Origin: a virus
Lineage: Duplodnaviria > Caudoviricetes
Length of the DNA: 62,167 nt
IMG/VR virus record: IMGVR_UViG_3300037485_002384
Location: 1 to 62,167 of that record
Reading direction: 5' to 3' (one strand)
Shown: in pieces, positions 19,869 through 28,750 of the stretch
Position numbering within the stretch: position 1 is the stretch's first letter
Layout of the letters: each line of letters opens with the position of its first letter
The notes under the pieces: generated by a model
Told to the model about the DNA's origin: nothing
Seen by the model: the letters and a program-made list of their open reading frames with translations, nothing else
Databases searched by the model: none
Program-made: the position numbers and the translations under genes

Positions 19869-20555
19869 ATGAATAGAGAATTAAAAATTATCTGCACAAC
19901 TTCAGATAAATACCACCATATACTACCAATATTTTGTTTTCTATTCAACAAATACTGGTCCCCAGGCCAAAAGGTTGAAATTGTAGGATACAAAGAGTCT
20001 GAACACAAATTACCACCAAATTTTACTTTTGTAAGTTTAGGTGAGCAAAAAGGTGATGCTAAAAATTTTACTAGAGATTTAAGAGTTCATTTTGCTAAAC
20101 AAGATCAATTCTTTATATGGGTTATGGAAGATACTTTCTTAACACAAAAAGTTGATTTTAACAAACTTCAATTATTAAATTCTCTAACAAATAGAGAAAA
20201 TATAGGTCGTATAAATTTATGTAGAGAGGTAACTAAACAAGATCACATAAAATATGATAACATACAAGGCGTACAAGTTTATGAAAATAATAAAATTTCA
20301 TTATATAGACTTAGCACTCAAATGTCGATATGGAATAGAGATTTTGCTTTAAAGTATATGCAGAATGATCTCACACCATGGGAATTTGAATGTCAATCAG
20401 ATCATGCTGTTGATGAATATAGGATACTTGGTCTTGATTATGATTCACCGGTGACAAAAAATGAGGGTGTGAGAAAAACAAATATTTATAATTATAACTT
20501 TGATAACCTACCATTAGAAATAATAGAGGAAATGAGAGCAAAAAAATTCTTTTAA
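19869..20555 (+). CDS. putative glycosyltransferase (GT-A-like)
   Basis: FIWVMEDTFL, STQMSIW, TPWEFE; cluster context. Confidence 0.55.
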   Translation: MNRELKIICTTSDKYHHILPIFCFLFNKYWSPGQKVEIVGYKESEHKLPPNFTFVSLGEQKGDAKNFTRDLRVHFAKQDQFFIWVMEDTFLTQKVDFNKLQLLNSLTNRENIGRINLCREVTKQDHIKYDNIQGVQVYENNKISLYRLSTQMSIWNRDFALKYMQNDLTPWEFECQSDHAVDEYRILGLDYDSPVTKNEGVRKTNIYNYNFDNLPLEIIEEMRAKKFF

Positions 20556-20556
20556 T

Positions 20557-21105
20557 ATGATTAAAGTAAATTTAGGCTGTGGCCAAAGAAATTTTGGTAA
20601 AGAATGGATTCATATAGATGGTGGTAGCTTCGCACATCTTAGTAAAAAATATAAATCAGTTGAGTTATATGAATTCCCGGATGACTCTATTGATGTTTTA
20701 TATGCTAGTCACCTAATAGCATACTTTGATAAAGTAGAATTATCAGCACTATTAAAACAATGGAGACGTAAACTTAAAAAAGGCGGTGTGTTAAGATTAG
20801 CTACACCTGATTTTGAAGTGATGGTTGAATTATATAACGGTTTAAAGGTGGAATTACAAGATATTATAGGACCTCTGTATGGTAAAATGCAAATGGGTGA
20901 TGAATGGATTTACCACAAAACAACTTATGATCGTAAAAATCTAGATCAATTGTTATTTGATGCAGGTTTTAATAGGTCAATAAGTTATGATTGGAAACAT
21001 ACAGATCATTCACAATTCGATGATCACAGTCAGGCTTATTTGTGTCCAAAAGGAGATAAGGATAATGGAGTACTAATTAGTTTAAATATAGAAACAATAA
21101 AGTAG
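20557..21105 (+). CDS. class I SAM-dependent methyltransferase
   Basis: VNLGCG, YASHL, LKKGGVLRLATPD. Confidence 0.85.
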   Translation: MIKVNLGCGQRNFGKEWIHIDGGSFAHLSKKYKSVELYEFPDDSIDVLYASHLIAYFDKVELSALLKQWRRKLKKGGVLRLATPDFEVMVELYNGLKVELQDIIGPLYGKMQMGDEWIYHKTTYDRKNLDQLLFDAGFNRSISYDWKHTDHSQFDDHSQAYLCPKGDKDNGVLISLNIETIK

Positions 21106-21786
21106 ATGTCAGTAAAATCAAACGAATTAACAAAAATACAAATTGTCAGGTTATTAGGTGAAAAATCTCACTATCATATATTAGATATAGGTACTTATGA
21201 TGGTAAGGATGCTAGAGGTATATTAGACCTACTACCTTCAGCTGAAGCTCATTGTTTTGAAGCAGATCCTAGATCTCAAAAGTTATTTAGATCTATACAT
21301 CCAAATAGTGAGGTTATGAATTTATATTCAGTTGCAATTGGTAATGTAGATGATATGGTTACTTTCCATCAAAGTGATTCAGATACAAGGAGACATGAGC
21401 ATAATAAAAGTAGTTGGTCAGCCAGTAGTTCTTTAAAGGAACCTAAAGAACATTTAGAATTATTTCCAGAAGTTGAATTTAAAAATAGTATCAAAGTTAG
21501 ATGTTATAAGCTTGATACATGGTATAAGAACAACTTATTCCCATATACTATAGATTTTATATGGGCAGATGTTAATGGTGCTGAGAATGATGTTATATCA
21601 GGAGGTTTAAATACTTTAAATAAACACACAAGATTCTTATATATAGAATTTTCTAATAAAGAATTATATAAAGATTCAATCGATAAACAAGGTTTATTAG
21701 ATATGTTGCCGGATTTCAAAGTACTAGGAACATATAATTATCAAGGTAATTTTGGTAATGTTTTACTTAAAAATAAAAACCTGTGA
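21106..21786 (+). CDS. FkbM-family methyltransferase
   Basis: LDIGTYDG, CFEAD, SSSL, IDFIWADVNGAE..V..G. Confidence 0.88.
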   Translation: MSVKSNELTKIQIVRLLGEKSHYHILDIGTYDGKDARGILDLLPSAEAHCFEADPRSQKLFRSIHPNSEVMNLYSVAIGNVDDMVTFHQSDSDTRRHEHNKSSWSASSSLKEPKEHLELFPEVEFKNSIKVRCYKLDTWYKNNLFPYTIDFIWADVNGAENDVISGGLNTLNKHTRFLYIEFSNKELYKDSIDKQGLLDMLPDFKVLGTYNYQGNFGNVLLKNKNL

Positions 21787-22520
21787 TAATAGCTACATCT
21801 ATAACATCTGACTACTTAGAAAAAAGTCAACCTTTTTTTGATAGTGTAAACAAAAACTTTATAGGTAAGAAGATTTGTTTTTGTATAGGTTTTAAAGCTG
21901 AGTATGAAGGATGGGAAATGATCTATGTAGATATTGATACATTACAGTGTAAATGGCAACCAGAGAATAGGAAAAATTATTACTCTCTACAACATGGTGA
22001 ATTTACCAGGTTCTATAAGTTTGATGATAATGATCAGATAATGTTTGTAGATAGTGATATGATACTACAGAGAAAATTTGAATCATCAATATTATTAGTA
22101 AGTAAATTTATAGTTACAAATTCATCATTCCCACCTACTAAAATAGAGGACGTGTCTGTAAATTTGAATTGTAAATTATCTAAAGAAGATTTCATAAATA
22201 AACACCAATTAACAATAAATGATAATGAATTCTGTGCTGCTCTATTAATAGCTTCAGCTAAAGAATGGGATAAATTATTTAGAGAGGTGAGGTTAGTATA
22301 TAAGGATTTTTTAGAAGATTTTACTCATCATGCAGCTTGGCAACTGTTAATAAATATTGTTATAATAAAATGTCATAGACATGAAATATCATCACCTATG
22401 CTACAGAATGCTGAATGGTATTCAGGCACTGAAGCTAAAGTTATTGATGATGTATTAATGTGGAAAGATGAGGTTGTCTATTTTAATCATACAAAATTTA
22501 ATCGTACTTTTAAATATTAA
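21783..22520 (+). CDS. putative GT-A glycosyltransferase (GTG start)
   Basis: IMFVDSDMILQ DxD motif; cluster context. Confidence 0.55.
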   Translation: MIIATSITSDYLEKSQPFFDSVNKNFIGKKICFCIGFKAEYEGWEMIYVDIDTLQCKWQPENRKNYYSLQHGEFTRFYKFDDNDQIMFVDSDMILQRKFESSILLVSKFIVTNSSFPPTKIEDVSVNLNCKLSKEDFINKHQLTINDNEFCAALLIASAKEWDKLFREVRLVYKDFLEDFTHHAAWQLLINIVIIKCHRHEISSPMLQNAEWYSGTEAKVIDDVLMWKDEVVYFNHTKFNRTFKY

Positions 22521-22574
22521 TTAGATATAGAAAACAAAGAAATCTATACCTATCAAAACAAACATATATAGAAA

Positions 22575-23180
22575 ATGAAAAATAAAACACCAGACTTTTC
22601 AGTGGTAGTTGAATTTGAAAAAAGAATAGCTCAATTCTTTGGAGCTAAGTATGCGGTTATGACTGATAGTTGTACTCATGCCATAGAACTATGTCTTAGA
22701 TATGCTTCAGCTGATGTTGTGAGATGTCCAAAACATACTTACTTATCTATCCCTATGTTAGCTGATAAATTAGGGATTAGATTAGAATGGAGAGATGAGG
22801 AGTGGCAAGATTATTATCGAGTATATGGAGGTATTTATGATGCAGCTGTATTGTGGAAAAAAGATAGCTATATCCCAGGTTCTCAAATGTGTATTAGTTT
22901 TCAATATCAAAAACATTTGAGTTTAGGAAGGGCTGGAGTTATATTATTAGATATTGAAAGAGATTATCAAAATCTAAAGAAAATGTCCTATGATGGCCGT
23001 TTGCCGAATATCCCCTGGCGAGATCAGGATATTGATAGAATAGGATTTCATTATTATGCCACGCCAGAAACAGCTTCATTAGGAATAGAGAAATTGCAAG
23101 ATGCTATTGATACAGTACCTAGGCAATGGGTATATACAGACTGGCCAGATTTAACACAAATGAAAATTTTTAAAAAATAA
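22575..23180 (+). CDS. DegT/DnrJ/EryC1/StrS-family PLP aminotransferase, short form
   Basis: FEKRIA...YAV..DSCTHAI, YDAA, SFQYQKHL (PLP Lys), GFHY. Confidence 0.8.
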   Translation: MKNKTPDFSVVVEFEKRIAQFFGAKYAVMTDSCTHAIELCLRYASADVVRCPKHTYLSIPMLADKLGIRLEWRDEEWQDYYRVYGGIYDAAVLWKKDSYIPGSQMCISFQYQKHLSLGRAGVILLDIERDYQNLKKMSYDGRLPNIPWRDQDIDRIGFHYYATPETASLGIEKLQDAIDTVPRQWVYTDWPDLTQMKIFKK

Positions 23181-23181
23181 T

Positions 23182-24147
23182 ATGAAAAAGAAAGCATTTA
23201 TAACAGGAATAACAGGTCAGGATGGTGCTACATTATCTGAACATTTATTATCATTAGGGTATGAGGTTCATGGTATTGTAAGAAGAAATTCAACAGCTGA
23301 ACATCAAGATAGTAAAATAGCTCATTTAGATGTAAAGACATATTATGGTGATATGTCAGATATTAGTATACTTGAAAAGTTATTAAAAGAAATAAAACCT
23401 GATGAGATATATAACCTTGCAGCTCAAAGTCACGTTAAGGTTTCTTGGGACACACCTGGGTTTACAATGAATACTAATGGTAATGGTGTTCTAAATATAT
23501 TAGAAGCATATAGAAACAATTGTCCCGGTGCAAAATTCTATCAGGCATCATCAAGTGAATGCTTTGGGTTGACAGTTGATCCAGATGGATATCAAAGAGA
23601 AACAACTATAATGAATCCTACAAGTGTATATGGGTGCTCTAAAGTACTTGGATATAACTTAGTAAGACATTATAGAAGGGCATATGGTTTGCATGCTTGT
23701 AATGGGATATTATTTAACCATACAGGTACAAGAAGATCAAGTGCATTTGTAGAAGCTAAGATTGTAAAAACAGCTTGTATGATAAAGTTAGGCTTGACTG
23801 ATAAATTAGAACTAGGAAATCTTGACTCATTTAGAGATTTTGGAGCTTCTAAGGACTATGTGAGGGCTATGCATATGATCATTAATCATGATACACCGGA
23901 TGACTTTGTAGTATCTACCGGAACAACACATTCTGTTAGAGAAATATGTCATTATGTATTTGGAGTTTTAAATATGGATTATAAAGATTATGTAGTTGTT
24001 AATGAAAAATACATAAGACCTGAAGAACTTCCATATTTAAAAGGTGATTGTAGTAAGATAAAAGAGGTTTTAGGATGGAAACCTGACTACACTTTTAGTG
24101 CATTATTTGAAGAAATGATTAATCACTGGATGAATGAATTAAAATAA
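23182..24147 (+). CDS. gmd: GDP-mannose 4,6-dehydratase
   Basis: AFITGITGQDG, PDEIYNLAAQSHV, FYQASSSE, YGCSK, GILFNH, LGNLD..RD.G. Confidence 0.93.
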   Translation: MKKKAFITGITGQDGATLSEHLLSLGYEVHGIVRRNSTAEHQDSKIAHLDVKTYYGDMSDISILEKLLKEIKPDEIYNLAAQSHVKVSWDTPGFTMNTNGNGVLNILEAYRNNCPGAKFYQASSSECFGLTVDPDGYQRETTIMNPTSVYGCSKVLGYNLVRHYRRAYGLHACNGILFNHTGTRRSSAFVEAKIVKTACMIKLGLTDKLELGNLDSFRDFGASKDYVRAMHMIINHDTPDDFVVSTGTTHSVREICHYVFGVLNMDYKDYVVVNEKYIRPEELPYLKGDCSKIKEVLGWKPDYTFSALFEEMINHWMNELK

Positions 24148-24176
24148 ATCTATTGATAATCAGTAAGTTACAAATT

Positions 24177-24222
24177 TATGTTAAATAAAGGGTTGTTATG
24201 TGAAATAATACTCTTATCTTTA
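24177..24222 (+). promoter_or_regulatory. promoter TTG...TATCTTTA with tandem operators TATGTTAAATA (24177-24187) and TATGTGAAATA (24197-24207)
   Basis: Two operator copies 20 bp apart. Confidence 0.75.
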
Positions 24223-24250
24223 TGATAAGAAATAATTAAAACTCTCGATA

Positions 24251-24448
24251 ATGGAAAACTTAGAAAAACAAATCAAAGTAATACAAGAAAATGTAATTAC
24301 TTTAAAAGATGGTAGAAAGTGGGAGATTCGTAAAAAATCACCAACCCATCTTTTAATAAGACACGTTGGTATGAAAAGTAGTATGAGAATTAAAGTTGCA
24401 GAATTTAACGAATTAGTAGAAGAAAAAGATCAAATAATCCACTTTTAA
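24251..24448 (+). CDS. hypothetical protein
   Basis: 65-aa ORF after promoter. Confidence 0.6.
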   Translation: MENLEKQIKVIQENVITLKDGRKWEIRKKSPTHLLIRHVGMKSSMRIKVAEFNELVEEKDQIIHF

Positions 24449-24474
24449 AAAAATAACTTTAAAAAATAAAAATC

Positions 24475-24942
24475 ATGAAAAATATAATCTTAATAATCAG
24501 TCTAATTGCAATATCATTTGCATGTAAAAAGAAATCTCCAGAGCCTGAAGTAGTATATCAGGATAAAATAGTAAATACAGTAACACATGATACAGTATGG
24601 GGTCCAAGTGGTACTTATACAATTACGATCCATGATACAGTATATGTGAATGTAACACCAACCCCTTTAAATGGTATATGGTATTGCTATAAAATGGAGT
24701 CAGGGTCAACATCCACACTTCATAATGATTGGATATTTACTTTTGGTAATACAATTTTTACTCAAAATCTAAGTACTTCAGGAACTTATAATTATCCTAT
24801 AACCTATTACTCTGGATCTGTAGATATATTATTTTCAGGATCAACACCAACAACTTATTATATCACCTCTATGAATAATGGAACAGAATATAAGTTGACA
24901 AAAACAAACGGTACAGTTCAATCATGGTATTTAAGGAAATAG
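24475..24942 (+). CDS. lipoprotein
   Basis: MKNIILIISLIAISFA-C-KKK lipoprotein signal; HDTV repeats; LNGIW lipocalin-like motif. Confidence 0.7.
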   Translation: MKNIILIISLIAISFACKKKSPEPEVVYQDKIVNTVTHDTVWGPSGTYTITIHDTVYVNVTPTPLNGIWYCYKMESGSTSTLHNDWIFTFGNTIFTQNLSTSGTYNYPITYYSGSVDILFSGSTPTTYYITSMNNGTEYKLTKTNGTVQSWYLRK

Positions 24943-24943
24943 A

Positions 24944-25081
24944 ATGAATAAAGAAGAAAAGAAAAAATACACTTTTATTAGTGAATTAACTTGGGGTTGT
25001 ATACCTATAGATTTTGAATGGGCTATAAGTACCGGTATTTATAAAGAAATGGAAACTAAATTATTCCCTATTCATGAATAA
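24944..25081 (+). CDS. 45-aa hypothetical protein, not in ORF track
   Basis: MNKEEKKKYTFISELTWGCIPIDFEW...; fills gap and overlaps next start. Confidence 0.45.
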   Translation: MNKEEKKKYTFISELTWGCIPIDFEWAISTGIYKEMETKLFPIHE

Positions 25082-25811
25082 AATTGATATTGTTTACAAA
25101 CTAGGTATTGGATCAAAATGGCAAGATAGAGAGCTAAGATATTCACTTAGATCTCTATCTTATTTTAAAGACCTTGGTAAAGTATATTTGATTGGCCATA
25201 AACCAACCTGGGTTAAGAATATAATTCATATACCATTAGAGGACGTATTTAAATCTAATAAAGACTGTAACTTAATTAATAAAATCATATTAGCTTCTCA
25301 TGATCCAAATATATCACAGCAGTTTTTAAACTTCTCAGATGATCAGGTGTTATTGAAAGAATGTTCTGTAGAGGATTTTATTACACCATATTATGATAAT
25401 TCGTTAATTCAGTTTCTACCTAACCAACAACTCAACCGCTGGAAAACAAGACTTAAAAACACGATACGTGCTCTTCAAGATAAAGGGTTTTCAACTAATT
25501 GCTATGAGTCACATATTCCTATTTTAATAGATAAAAACAGCTATATATCATCTGTATTTCAATATAATTATCCTGAAGGTCAAGGTATGTGTGGAAATAC
25601 ATTATATATCAATACAACAGGTAAGAGAGGAGATCCATTACCTAAAGATTATGCTGTAAGATTTGAGGGTAATTGTCCTGAATTATCCGTATTAGAATCC
25701 ATGTGTGAAGGTAAATTACATTTTAATTATTCAGAAGCTACAACTTGTGACGTTCTTTTTGATTTTCTTGAGAAAAACTTTCCTACGAAATCTATCTATG
25801 AGAATAATTAA
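25074..25811 (+). CDS. Stealth-like (hexose-phosphate transferase-related) protein
   Basis: IDIVY, ELRYSLRSL, GHKPTWV, FLNFSDD resemble Stealth CR1/CR2. Confidence 0.65.
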   Translation: MNKIDIVYKLGIGSKWQDRELRYSLRSLSYFKDLGKVYLIGHKPTWVKNIIHIPLEDVFKSNKDCNLINKIILASHDPNISQQFLNFSDDQVLLKECSVEDFITPYYDNSLIQFLPNQQLNRWKTRLKNTIRALQDKGFSTNCYESHIPILIDKNSYISSVFQYNYPEGQGMCGNTLYINTTGKRGDPLPKDYAVRFEGNCPELSVLESMCEGKLHFNYSEATTCDVLFDFLEKNFPTKSIYENN

Positions 25812-25861
25812 TTGAATTTATTTTCGTATTTTTATAAAATGTTTAAAAGTGTTTTTGATAA

Positions 25862-26647
25862 ATGAAGTATAAATTTCTAGACAATATAACTAAGCAACCA
25901 GGTATTTATAAAATACTTAATATAAAGACAGGTGTTTTTTATATAGGAAGTGCTGTGAATTTAAATCGTCGAGGTATATCTCATTTTAGACAATTAAATC
26001 AAAAAAAACACCATAATCAAAAACTTCAAAATGTTTTTGATAAATACGGTATTGAAAACTTCAAATTCGAAATACTTGAACTAGTCGAAGACAATTCTCA
26101 GCTTATAGAAAGAGAACAATTTTATTTAGATTTACTAAAACCATCTTATAATATCTGTAAAATAGCAGGAAGTACATTGGGAAATAAAGGTTCAGATATT
26201 TTTAAAGCAAAAAGAAAACTTCTTCAAAGCAAACCAGTTGTTCAATTAGATATGCAAGGCAATTTTATTGCAGAGTTTGAATCCGCTAAAGTTGCAAGTA
26301 TTAAGCTTTTTAATAATCAATATAGTGCAATAAGTTCAACTTGTCTTGGCAAATTTTATCACGTCAAAGGATTTCGTTGGCAATATAAATCAGATTATGA
26401 TAGAGGTATTGAACTACCTCTCAAAAGTGATAAAAAAAGTACTAGTAGATTTATTCCTGTAATACAGTTAACTCTACAAGGTGAATTTATACGAGAATTT
26501 AATTCTATCAAAGAAGCTTCTTTTGTTACAAAAACAAAACCAATTGATATATGTTACGTTTGTAAGAATAAAAAATCTCACAATACGGCAGGAGGTTTCA
26601 AGTGGATGTATAAATCGGATTATAGTAAATTAAAACTGGCAGCCTGA
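25862..26647 (+). CDS. free-standing GIY-YIG homing endonuclease with NUMOD1-like repeats (paralog of 16037)
   Basis: GIYKI..YIGS, FKFEILELVED, REQFY, YNICKIAGS shared with the first copy. Confidence 0.9.
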   Translation: MKYKFLDNITKQPGIYKILNIKTGVFYIGSAVNLNRRGISHFRQLNQKKHHNQKLQNVFDKYGIENFKFEILELVEDNSQLIEREQFYLDLLKPSYNICKIAGSTLGNKGSDIFKAKRKLLQSKPVVQLDMQGNFIAEFESAKVASIKLFNNQYSAISSTCLGKFYHVKGFRWQYKSDYDRGIELPLKSDKKSTSRFIPVIQLTLQGEFIREFNSIKEASFVTKTKPIDICYVCKNKKSHNTAGGFKWMYKSDYSKLKLAA

Positions 26648-26910
26648 TGTTAGATTTTGAAGTTATTAATATAAATAACTATATTTATAAACAAAACAGT
26701 GAAGGTGTTTGGATATATAAAGCTAGTAATCAAATACCGTTTAAAAAAAATGGTGCGTTAAGGAAAGAATATAAAGACATGCCGAGATTTTCTGTAATAA
26801 AAGAATACGAGTATCAAGAACAAAAAGATTTCAATACACTATTAGAACAATCAGTAAAAGAAATATCACACAAGTTATTATCGTTTAGTAATACCATAAA
26901 TCATATTTAA
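26647..26910 (+). CDS. hypothetical protein
   Basis: TGATG coupling. Confidence 0.55.
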   Translation: MLDFEVININNYIYKQNSEGVWIYKASNQIPFKKNGALRKEYKDMPRFSVIKEYEYQEQKDFNTLLEQSVKEISHKLLSFSNTINHI

Positions 26911-26911
26911 A

Positions 26912-27748
26912 ATGGAAAATAACATTTTCGAATTCGGTAAGAATTCAATCATTAATAAAGCAGCAGGAATTTTAAATTGCTATAAAGAAGGTGATGCTTT
27001 AGTTAAAGCCTATAGTGATAGTATCATAAAAGCTGAGGGTGCACGCGGGGGTAAGGTAATTGGACATACTAAATCTGGAAAACCAATTTATGACTCAGCT
27101 GGTCACGAAGCTCATAAAAACTTCTCTATAGCTGAGCATGATGATGCAATCGAAGCTCATCAAAAAGTGAGGGATGATTATCATAAAAACAATCAATCGA
27201 CAGATAAAGACAAAGAAGATAACGACAAAGCTTTCGAACAGCAAAAAGGACACATCGGAGCTAAAAACCACATGATGAAAGATATGACTCCAGCTGAAGC
27301 AAGAGCTGCTGCAAAAAAATCTGAAGAGGAGAATAAACCTAATGATGAATCAGGAGATAAGAAACACCACGGTAAAATGTCTGATCATTACAATAGACAA
27401 TCTTTATCCGCATCTACACCTGAAGATAAAAAAAGATTAAGTGATTTAGCTGATAAACATGAGAAATTATCCAAATCAGAAGGTGAGGAAACATCTGATC
27501 TTCAAAAAGCATACGAGACTCTAGGCTTAGGAGATTTGATTCAAAAAGGAGGTTCTGGTAGTGGAAGACACCCATCATCAGGTTATTCTTTAAAAGCAGG
27601 AGATACTTTAACTCATAAGAAAACAGGCAAACAACATTCAATCAAGTCTGTTGGTGAAGAGGGTGATGTGACAACAAGTGAGGATAATAAAATCTCATAC
27701 TTTGAAGTACACAATGATTATAAACACAAACCTTTGAAAAAAGACTAA
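26912..27748 (+). CDS. repeat-containing putative internal head protein B (paralog of 14474)
   Basis: GGKVIGHTKSGKPIY repeat and SDLQKAYETLGLGDLIQKG motif. Confidence 0.65.
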   Translation: MENNIFEFGKNSIINKAAGILNCYKEGDALVKAYSDSIIKAEGARGGKVIGHTKSGKPIYDSAGHEAHKNFSIAEHDDAIEAHQKVRDDYHKNNQSTDKDKEDNDKAFEQQKGHIGAKNHMMKDMTPAEARAAAKKSEEENKPNDESGDKKHHGKMSDHYNRQSLSASTPEDKKRLSDLADKHEKLSKSEGEETSDLQKAYETLGLGDLIQKGGSGSGRHPSSGYSLKAGDTLTHKKTGKQHSIKSVGEEGDVTTSEDNKISYFEVHNDYKHKPLKKD

Positions 27749-28696
27749 TTGTTCACACCAAAACAAATATCAGAATTACTTGAAATCCTTGATAAACAAA
27801 ATTTAATCTTTATCTCATCTAAGTTAGGACTTAATTACCTGACTGAAGATGAGATATCAAGATTACAAAAATGGGGTATTAGCCCATATCATTTGTATAA
27901 GGATAGCCAGGATATAGCTAAAATGTCGTTTCATTTTGGTCTAATTTCTGATGCAATAGGTAGAAAGGAATCCAAAGACATCACATTAGACGATCTTAAA
28001 GAATACTTCGAGAAAGGTGAACATATACCATTAACCAAAGTAGAAAGAAATACAATTGATTCAATCAAAAAACAATACCTTGGAGATATAAGAGCTAATA
28101 ACGGTAAAATCTTTCAAGATCTAAACAATATTATAGCTAAAGGTGAAAAGAACAATAGAGCAGCCTATGAGAAGGTTATAAGAGATGAGATTGAGAAGGG
28201 TGTTTTAATGAAAAAAACTTCAAGTGAAATAGCTAGAGATTTAGCAAGAAAAACAGGAGATTGGAATCGTAATTTTAAAAGAATAGTAGAATTCATTAGC
28301 CATCAAGCTTGGGATGAAGGTCGTGCAGCTTCAATAGAGAATAAATATGGAGAAGATGCTTTAGTTGCAAAAAATGTATACTTAGGAGCTTGTAAGTATT
28401 GTATTAGTGCTTATTTAACATCCGGTATTGGTAGTCAACCTAAAATATTTAAATTAAGTGTTTTAAAAGCAAATGGTTCCAATATTGGAAGGAAAGCTGT
28501 AGATTATAAACCTGTTATAGGGAACCATCATCCAGCATGTAGATGTACTTTATTTAAAGTAGATAACCAATTCTCATGGGATGAGAAAAATCAAGGGTTT
28601 AATATACCAAAAATTAATCCACCTAAACCTCAAGAATTAAAACCGAACAGAAAGTTGATTAGAATTTCAATAAAAGGGAAAGAATATTCAGTTTAA
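27749..28696 (+). CDS. MuF/gp7-like head morphogenesis protein (TTG start)
   Basis: IARDLA..RIVEF, ACKYC, HHPACRCTL motifs. Confidence 0.75.
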   Translation: MFTPKQISELLEILDKQNLIFISSKLGLNYLTEDEISRLQKWGISPYHLYKDSQDIAKMSFHFGLISDAIGRKESKDITLDDLKEYFEKGEHIPLTKVERNTIDSIKKQYLGDIRANNGKIFQDLNNIIAKGEKNNRAAYEKVIRDEIEKGVLMKKTSSEIARDLARKTGDWNRNFKRIVEFISHQAWDEGRAASIENKYGEDALVAKNVYLGACKYCISAYLTSGIGSQPKIFKLSVLKANGSNIGRKAVDYKPVIGNHHPACRCTLFKVDNQFSWDEKNQGFNIPKINPPKPQELKPNRKLIRISIKGKEYSV

Positions 28697-28750
28697 ATTT
28701 TTTTTACTATCTTTATCGAATTAAAATCGGAAATTCTCTTTAATTGAAGA

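Noticed and set aside
16882-25811. Island as host O-antigen/capsule locus (chimeric assembly or prophage boundary)
   Set aside because: No wzx/wzy/priming transferase; it contains the same phage operator-promoters and is flanked by phage head genes
16037-26647. GIY-YIG genes as group I intron ORFs
   Set aside because: Flanking genes look intact and abut the endonucleases; no room for intron core structure
14582-27160. GGK repeats as a CRISPR array or DGR template/variable pair
   Set aside because: Dispersed in-frame protein repeats; no spacer periodicity, no reverse transcriptase, differences not adenine-specific
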